This document shows positions 5,558 through 10,292 of a DNA stretch of 10,292 nucleotides, piece after piece (within the stretch, counting starts at the first letter, position 1; every line of letters starts with the position of its first letter). The DNA lies in IMG/VR virus record IMGVR_UViG_2681813316_000013, positions 1 to 10,292 of that record; one strand, written 5' to 3'. Under the pieces are notes generated by a model. The model searched no databases. It worked only from the letters and a program-made list of their open reading frames with translations, and was not told where the DNA came from. This DNA comes from a virus (Duplodnaviria > Heunggongvirae > Uroviricota > Caudoviricetes). Position numbers and translations under genes: made by a program.

Positions 5558-7146
5558 AACGAACGCCTGTCCTGATTGATGTGAACGGCGTTCCGCTTCG
5601 TGAGAGTCTCAGCTACAACGGGGGCGGTGCAGGATTTGGCGGGCAAATGGCGGAGTGGTTGCCACCGGCGCAGAGTGCCGATGCGGCCCTGCTGCCCGCG
5701 TTGCGTCTGGGGAATGCCCGGGCAGATGATCTGGTGCGCAATAACGGAATAGCGGCCAATGCGGTGGCCCTGCATAAGGATCACATTGTCGGGCATATGT
5801 TTCTTATCAGCTACCGTCCGAACTGGCGCTGGCTGGGGATGCGGGAGACCGCAGCAAAAAGCTTTGTCGATGAGGTGGAGGCGGCCTGGTCGGAATACGC
5901 CGAAGGGATGTCTGGCGAGATCGACGTGGAAGGAAAACGCACGTTCACGGAATTTATCCGTGAAGGTGTGGGCGTTCATGCGTTTAACGGCGAAATCTTT
6001 GTGCAGCCGGTCTGGGATACGGAAACCACGCAGTTATTCCGTACGCGTTTTAAAGCCGTGAGTCCGAAACGGGTGGACACGCCAGGACACGGTATGGGGA
6101 ACCGTTTTCTGCGGGCCGGGGTGGAGGTCGATCGATATGGCCGTGCCGTTGCGTACCATATCTGTGAGGATGATTTTCCGTTCTCCGGGAGTGGACGATG
6201 GGAACGGATCCCGCGTGAACTTCCCACCGGGCGTCCGGCCATGCTGCATATTTTCGAGCCGGTGGAGGACGGGCAGACCCGTGGGGCCAACCAGTTTTAC
6301 AGCGTCATGGAACGGCTGAAGATGCTCGATTCCCTGCAGGCAACACAGCTTCAGTCGGCCATTGTGAAAGCCATGTATGCAGCGACGATTGAAAGTGACC
6401 TTGATACCGAAAAGGCCTTTGAATATATCGCCGGTGCGCCGCAGGGGCAGAAGGATAATCCGCTTATTAATATTCTGGAGAAGTTCTCCAGCTGGTATGA
6501 CACGAATAACGTGACGCTGGGTGGTGTCAAAATTCCGCACCTTTTCCCCGGGGATGATCTGAAACTACAGACTGCGCAGGATTCAGACAATGGATTTTCG
6601 GCGCTTGAACAGGCGCTGCTGCGGTATATCGCCGCCGGTCTTGGCGTTTCCTACGAACAGTTGTCCCGTGATTACTCGAAGGTCAGTTATTCAAGTGCCA
6701 GGGCCTCTGCCAATGAGTCGTGGCGCTATTTTATGGGGCGGCGAAAATTTATTGCGGCCCGGCTGGCCACGCAGATGTTTTCCTGCTGGCTGGAAGAGGC
6801 ACTTCTTCGGGGGATTATCCGTCCGCCACGGGCGCGTTTTGATTTTTATCAGGCGCGATCAGCCTGGTCACGGGCAGAGTGGATTGGTGCCGGAAGAATG
6901 GCCATTGACGGGCTCAAGGAGGTTCAGGAATCGGTGATGCGCATTGAGGCCGGACTGAGCACGTATGAGAAAGAGCTGGCGCTGATGGGCGAGGATTATC
7001 AGGACATTTTCCGCCAGCAGGTCAGGGAATCTGCAGAGCGGCAAAAAGCCGGACTCTCACGTCCGGTGTGGATAGCGCAGGCGTATCAGCAGCAGATAGC
7101 GGAGAGTCGCAGGCCGGAAGAGGAGACAACACCCCGTGAGACGTAA
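5554..7146 (+). CDS. B: Portal protein (gpB family)
   Basis: 530 aa, colinear with lambda gpB: GNARADDLVRNNG, EPVEDGQTRGAN.FYSVME..KMLD.LQ.TQLQSAIVKAMYAATIES, LQTAQD.DNG.S..EQ.LLRYIAAGLGVSYEQLSR, ARASANESW.YFMGRRKF, GRMAIDGLKEVQE.VM.IEAGLSTYEKE. Confidence 0.95.
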   Translation: MKRTPVLIDVNGVPLRESLSYNGGGAGFGGQMAEWLPPAQSADAALLPALRLGNARADDLVRNNGIAANAVALHKDHIVGHMFLISYRPNWRWLGMRETAAKSFVDEVEAAWSEYAEGMSGEIDVEGKRTFTEFIREGVGVHAFNGEIFVQPVWDTETTQLFRTRFKAVSPKRVDTPGHGMGNRFLRAGVEVDRYGRAVAYHICEDDFPFSGSGRWERIPRELPTGRPAMLHIFEPVEDGQTRGANQFYSVMERLKMLDSLQATQLQSAIVKAMYAATIESDLDTEKAFEYIAGAPQGQKDNPLINILEKFSSWYDTNNVTLGGVKIPHLFPGDDLKLQTAQDSDNGFSALEQALLRYIAAGLGVSYEQLSRDYSKVSYSSARASANESWRYFMGRRKFIAARLATQMFSCWLEEALLRGIIRPPRARFDFYQARSAWSRAEWIGAGRMAIDGLKEVQESVMRIEAGLSTYEKELALMGEDYQDIFRQQVRESAERQKAGLSRPVWIAQAYQQQIAESRRPEEETTPRET

Positions 7147-8641
7147 TCTTTCACACATTATTGCCGCAGCATTCAATGAACCGCTGCTTCTGGAGCCCGC
7201 CTATGCGCGGGTTTTCTTTTGCGCGCTCGGGCGCGAGATGGGGGCAGCAAGTCTTTCGGTACCACAGCAGCAGGTACAGCTTGATGCTCCCGGAATGCTG
7301 GCTGAAACGGACGAGTACATGGCCGGAGGTAAACGACCGGCCCGTGTTTACCGGGTGGTGAACGGTATTGCTGTACTGCCGGTGATCGGCACGCTGGTGC
7401 ACCGGCTGGGGGGGATGCGGCCATTTTCCGGAATGACAGGCTATGACGGCATTGTCGCCTGTCTTCAGCAGGCAATGGCGGATAGCCAGGTGCGGGGCGT
7501 ACTGCTGGACATTGACAGTCCGGGCGGGCAGGCCGCCGGCGCGTTTGACTGCGCTGACATGATTTACCGCCTCCGTCAGCAGAAGCCGGTCTGGGCACTG
7601 TGCAATGACACGGCCTGTTCTGCAGCCATGCTGCTGGCGTCGGCCTGCTCCCGACGGCTGGTTACCCAGACATCCCGTATCGGCTCCATTGGCGTGATGA
7701 TGAGCCATGTCAGCTATGCCGGTCATCTGGCGCAGGCCGGTGTGGATATCACGCTGATTTACTCAGGGGCGCACAAGGTGGATGGCAATCAGTTTGAAGC
7801 CTTACCGGCAGAGGTTCGCCAGGACATGCAGCAGCGCATTGATGCGGCGCGCCGGATGTTTGCCGAAAAAGTGGCCATGTTTACCGGTCTGTCTGTTGAT
7901 GCCGTCACGGGAACAGAGGCCGCCGTTTTTGAAGGTCAGTCCGGCATTGATGCCGGGCTGGCGGATGAATTAGTCAATGCGTCGGATGCCATCAGTGTGA
8001 TGGCCACGGCGCTGAACAGTAATGTCAGAGGAGGCACTATGCCGCAATTAACTGCAACGGAAGCCGCCGCGCAGGAGAACCAGCGAGTGATGGGGATCCT
8101 GACATGCCAGGAAGCGAAAGGACGTGAACAGCTTGCCACGATGCTGGCAGGACAACAGGGCATGAGCGTTGAACAGGCCCGGGCGATTCTGGCCGCGGCG
8201 GCACCGCAGCAGCCGGTGGCATCCACGCAGAGTGAAGCCGATCGCATTATGGCGTGTGAAGAAGCGAACGGTCGTGAACAACTGGCGGCAACGCTGGCGG
8301 CGATGCCGGAGATGACGGTGGAAAAAGCCCGCCCGATCCTGGCTGCTTCACCGCAGGCGGATGCCGGACCCTCACTCCGTGATCAGATCATGGCACTGGA
8401 TGAGGCAAAAGGGGCTGAGGCGCAGGCTGAACAGCTGGCTGCCTGCCCGGGAATGACTGTGGAGAGCGCCCGGGCTGTGCTGGCTGCGGGATCAGGTAAG
8501 GCAGAACCGGTCTCTGCATCCACAACCGCCCTGTTTGAACGCATCATGGCGAACCATTCACCGGCAGCGGTACAGGGTGGCGTGCCACAGACGTCAGCAG
8601 ACGGTGATGCGGACGTGAAAATGCTCATGGCTATGCCATGA
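7136..8641 (+). CDS. C: Prohead protease / scaffold fusion protein (gpC family, ClpP/S49-like peptidase domain with C-terminal scaffold domain)
   Basis: GTG start 7136 overlapping the portal stop. The N-terminal two-thirds aligns with lambda gpC (AFNEPL.LEPAYARVFFCAL, NGIAVLPV.GTLV, SGMTGY.GI...LQQA, GGQ.AGAFDCAD.I.R.R..KPVWAL, RRLVTQT.R.GSIGVMM.H, GV.ITLIYSG.HKVDGN, DAGLADELVN). The C-terminal third carries scaffold-type motifs. Confidence 0.9.
   Translation: MRRNLSHIIAAAFNEPLLLEPAYARVFFCALGREMGAASLSVPQQQVQLDAPGMLAETDEYMAGGKRPARVYRVVNGIAVLPVIGTLVHRLGGMRPFSGMTGYDGIVACLQQAMADSQVRGVLLDIDSPGGQAAGAFDCADMIYRLRQQKPVWALCNDTACSAAMLLASACSRRLVTQTSRIGSIGVMMSHVSYAGHLAQAGVDITLIYSGAHKVDGNQFEALPAEVRQDMQQRIDAARRMFAEKVAMFTGLSVDAVTGTEAAVFEGQSGIDAGLADELVNASDAISVMATALNSNVRGGTMPQLTATEAAAQENQRVMGILTCQEAKGREQLATMLAGQQGMSVEQARAILAAAAPQQPVASTQSEADRIMACEEANGREQLAATLAAMPEMTVEKARPILAASPQADAGPSLRDQIMALDEAKGAEAQAEQLAACPGMTVESARAVLAAGSGKAEPVSASTTALFERIMANHSPAAVQGGVPQTSADGDADVKMLMAMP
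8039..8641 (+). CDS. nu3: Nu3-like scaffolding protein from an internal in-frame start within C
   Basis: ATG 8039 is in frame with C and preceded by GAGGAGG (8028-8034). The product MPQLTATEAAAQ... (200 aa) corresponds to the Nu3 portion of lambda C/Nu3 and contains the RIMGIL..EEA.GRE-type motif. Confidence 0.55.
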   Translation: MPQLTATEAAAQENQRVMGILTCQEAKGREQLATMLAGQQGMSVEQARAILAAAAPQQPVASTQSEADRIMACEEANGREQLAATLAAMPEMTVEKARPILAASPQADAGPSLRDQIMALDEAKGAEAQAEQLAACPGMTVESARAVLAAGSGKAEPVSASTTALFERIMANHSPAAVQGGVPQTSADGDADVKMLMAMP

Positions 8642-8677
8642 AGTCAGTGCTGACCATCAACAGGAGGTTTTTACAAT

Positions 8678-9025
8678 ATGGTAACGAAAACCATCACTGA
8701 ACAGCGTGCGGAAGTACGTATTTTTGCCGGTAATGATCCGGCTCATACCGCCACAGGCAGCAGCGGGATTTCCTCGGCAACACCGGCACTGACGCCCCTG
8801 ATGCTGGATGAAGCTACCGGGAAACTGGTGGTCTGGGACGGACAGAAAGCCGGTAGTGCGGTTGGCATACTGGTACTGCCGCTTGAAGGCACAGAGACGG
8901 TACTGACGTATTACAAGTCGGGGACCTTTGCGACGGAGGCAATCCGCTGGCCTGACAGTGTGGATGAACACAAAAAGGCAAATGCCTTTGCCGGCAGTGC
9001 CCTGAGTCACGCGGCGCTGCCGTAA
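8678..9025 (+). CDS. D: Head decoration protein (gpD family)
   Basis: AGGAGG at 8663-8668, then ATG 8678. 115 aa with NDPAHTAT, TPLMLD...KLV.WDG...G.AVGIL, YKSGTF, AFAG.A.S shared with lambda gpD. Confidence 0.9.
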   Translation: MVTKTITEQRAEVRIFAGNDPAHTATGSSGISSATPALTPLMLDEATGKLVVWDGQKAGSAVGILVLPLEGTETVLTYYKSGTFATEAIRWPDSVDEHKKANAFAGSALSHAALP

Positions 9026-9082
9026 CACGTTATCAGGCCACCGCGGTGGCCTGACTGATTTCTGAATGAAAGGAACTGATTT

Positions 9083-10111
9083 ATGGGATTGTTTACGACC
9101 CGCCAGTTACTCGGTTATACCGAACAAAAAGTGAAATTTCGTGCGCTGTTTCTGGAGCTGTTTTTCCGCCGTACGGTGAATTTCCATACCGAAGAGGTGA
9201 TGCTGGACAAAATTACCGGAAAAACGCCGGTGGCGGCCTATGTCTCCCCGGTTGTTGAAGGAAAAGTGCTGCGTCATCGCGGTGGTGAAACCCGCGTGTT
9301 ACGTCCGGGCTACGTCAAGCCGAAACACGAATTTAATTACCAGCAGGCGGTTGAGCGTCTTCCCGGTGAAGATCCGGCTCAGCTGAACGACCCGGCCTAC
9401 CGTCGTCTGCGTATCATCACCGATAACCTCAAACAGGAAGAGCATGCCATTGTCCAGGTGGAAGAAATGCAGGCGGTGAATGCCGTGCTGTATGGCAAAT
9501 ACACCATGGAAGGGGATCAGTTTGATACTGTCGAGGTGGATTTTGGACGCTCTGAAGGAAATAACATTGAGCAGGCCGACGGTAAAAAATGGTCTGAGCA
9601 GGACCGTGATACGTTTGATCCGACGCATGATATTGACCTCTACTGCGATCAGGCCAGCGGTCTTGTGAATATTGCCATTATGGACGGTACTGTCTGGCGT
9701 CTGCTGAATGGTTTTAAGCTGTTCCGCGAAAAACTGGATACCCGTCGCGGCTCAAATTCACAACTCGAAACGGCAGTGAAAGACCTGGGAGCGGTGGTGT
9801 CTTTCAAAGGGTATTACGGTGATCTGGCCATTGTGGTGGCGAAAACGTCTTATGTGGCAGACGACGGTACCGAAAAACGTTATCTGCCGGTGGGCACACT
9901 GGTCCTGGGGAATACGGCAGCAGAGGGCATTCGTTGCTATGGTGCCATTCAGGATGCGCAGGCGTTGTCCGAAGGTGTGGTGGCCTCTTCCCGTTATCCG
10001 AAACACTGGCTGACTGTGGGCGATCCGGCCCGTGAATTCACCATGACGCAGTCCGCACCGCTGATGGTGCTGCCGGATCCGGATGAGTTTGTGGTGGTGC
10101 AGGTGAAATAA
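9083..10111 (+). CDS. E: Major capsid protein (gpE family, HK97 fold)
   Basis: AAAGGA upstream of ATG 9083. 342 aa colinear with lambda gpE: FTTEKV.L..I, YVSP.V.G.V.R.RGG, PGYVKPKHE, DPAYRR.RII..N...EE.AI.QVEEMQAV.AVL.GKYTM.G, KLDTRRGSNS.LETAVKDLG, YPK.W.T.GDPAREFTM.QSAPLM.L.DPDEFV.VQ. Confidence 0.95.
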   Translation: MGLFTTRQLLGYTEQKVKFRALFLELFFRRTVNFHTEEVMLDKITGKTPVAAYVSPVVEGKVLRHRGGETRVLRPGYVKPKHEFNYQQAVERLPGEDPAQLNDPAYRRLRIITDNLKQEEHAIVQVEEMQAVNAVLYGKYTMEGDQFDTVEVDFGRSEGNNIEQADGKKWSEQDRDTFDPTHDIDLYCDQASGLVNIAIMDGTVWRLLNGFKLFREKLDTRRGSNSQLETAVKDLGAVVSFKGYYGDLAIVVAKTSYVADDGTEKRYLPVGTLVLGNTAAEGIRCYGAIQDAQALSEGVVASSRYPKHWLTVGDPAREFTMTQSAPLMVLPDPDEFVVVQVK

Positions 10112-10119
10112 TCCGTGAG

Positions 10120-10148
10120 CGGGGGCGAAATGCCCCCGTGTCTTTTTT
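10120..10148 (+). terminator. Rho-independent terminator-like hairpin after the major capsid gene
   Basis: Stem CGGGGGC (10120-10126) / GCCCCCG (10132-10138), 5-nt loop GAAAT, followed by TGTCTTTTTTC. Begins 9 nt after the E stop (TAA 10109-10111) and ends before the FI ribosome-binding site. Confidence 0.6.
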
Positions 10149-10162
10149 CACAGGAGGCTGAG

Positions 10163-10292
10163 ATGGCAACAAAAGAAGAAAATCTGAATCGTCTTCGTCA
10201 ACTGGCTGGCCTGCTGGGGCGCGAGGCGGATATGTCGGGGAGTGCTGCGGATATTGCGCAACGTGTGTCTGAGTGGGAAGAGGAGCTTGCTG
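10163..10292 (+). CDS. FI: DNA-packaging protein gpFI family, 3'-partial (continues beyond window)
   Basis: AGGAGG at 10153-10158, then ATG 10163. Translation MATKEENLNRLRQLAGLLGREADMSGSAADIAQRVSEWEEELA resembles the lambda FI N-terminus (MTKDELIARLRSLGEQLNRDVSLTGTKEELALRVAELKEEL) and is in the correct position after E. Confidence 0.8.
   Translation, partial: MATKEENLNRLRQLAGLLGREADMSGSAADIAQRVSEWEEELA

Larger units (their letters stand above)
1..10292 (+). mobile_element. Segment of a lambdoid (lambda / phage 21-like) phage genome or prophage: end of lysis cassette, accessory island, cos, DNA-packaging and head-morphogenesis genes
   Basis: Colinear + strand ORFs whose translations I recognise as homologues of lambda R, Rz/Rz1, Nu1, A, W, B, C/Nu3, D, E and FI, in lambda gene order, with a lambda-type cosN (GGGCGGCGACCT) between Rz and the small terminase gene. 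Integrated prophage versus virion DNA cannot be decided from the window. Confidence 0.9.

Noticed and set aside
5383-6937. Minus-strand and alternative-frame ORFs inside the portal gene (5383-5979, 5976-6290, 6034-6540, 6351-6590; plus-strand 5759-6061, 6137-6319, 6590-6937)
   Set aside because: All lie within the conserved gpB-like portal gene, antisense or out of frame; no independent start signals and no recognisable products.
7151-9028. Minus-strand and out-of-frame ORFs inside C/Nu3 and D (7151-7726, 7173-7598, 7936-8247, 8037-8222, 8048-8281, 8383-8628, 8657-9028; plus-strand 7161-7361, 7782-7973)
   Set aside because: Overlap the conserved protease/scaffold and decoration genes; judged to be spurious open frames in GC-rich coding sequence.
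9299-10013. ORFs 9299-9628 (-), 9480-9668 (+), 9758-10006 (-) and 9819-10013 (+) inside the major capsid gene
   Set aside because: Nested within the gpE-like gene, antisense or out of frame, with no supporting signals.

Overview
This window is a contiguous piece of a lambdoid (lambda / phage 21-like) phage genome or prophage, read in the late-gene direction. In order: the 3' part of a SAR-type endolysin gene (R, 5'-truncated by the window edge), the Rz/Rz1 spanin pair, an AT-rich accessory (moron) island of about 1.85 kb (904-2760), cos (cosN at 2763-2774 plus cosB-like repeats), then small terminase (Nu1-like), large terminase (gpA-like), gpW, portal (gpB), prohead protease/scaffold (gpC with a nested Nu3-like scaffold), decoration protein (gpD), major capsid protein (gpE) and the start of gpFI. 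The structural genes are high confidence; family assignments rest on comparison with lambda protein sequences recalled from memory, not on a search. No rRNA, tRNA or CRISPR array was found. The most interesting region is the accessory island: it holds a plus-strand lipoprotein that is essentially a free TonB C-terminal domain with its own promoter and palindromic operator, a minus-strand small membrane-protein ORF ending at a convergent terminator hairpin, several perfect palindromes, and a near-consensus Fur-box-like palindrome just upstream of cosN. The small ORFs and regulatory sites in the island are low confidence.
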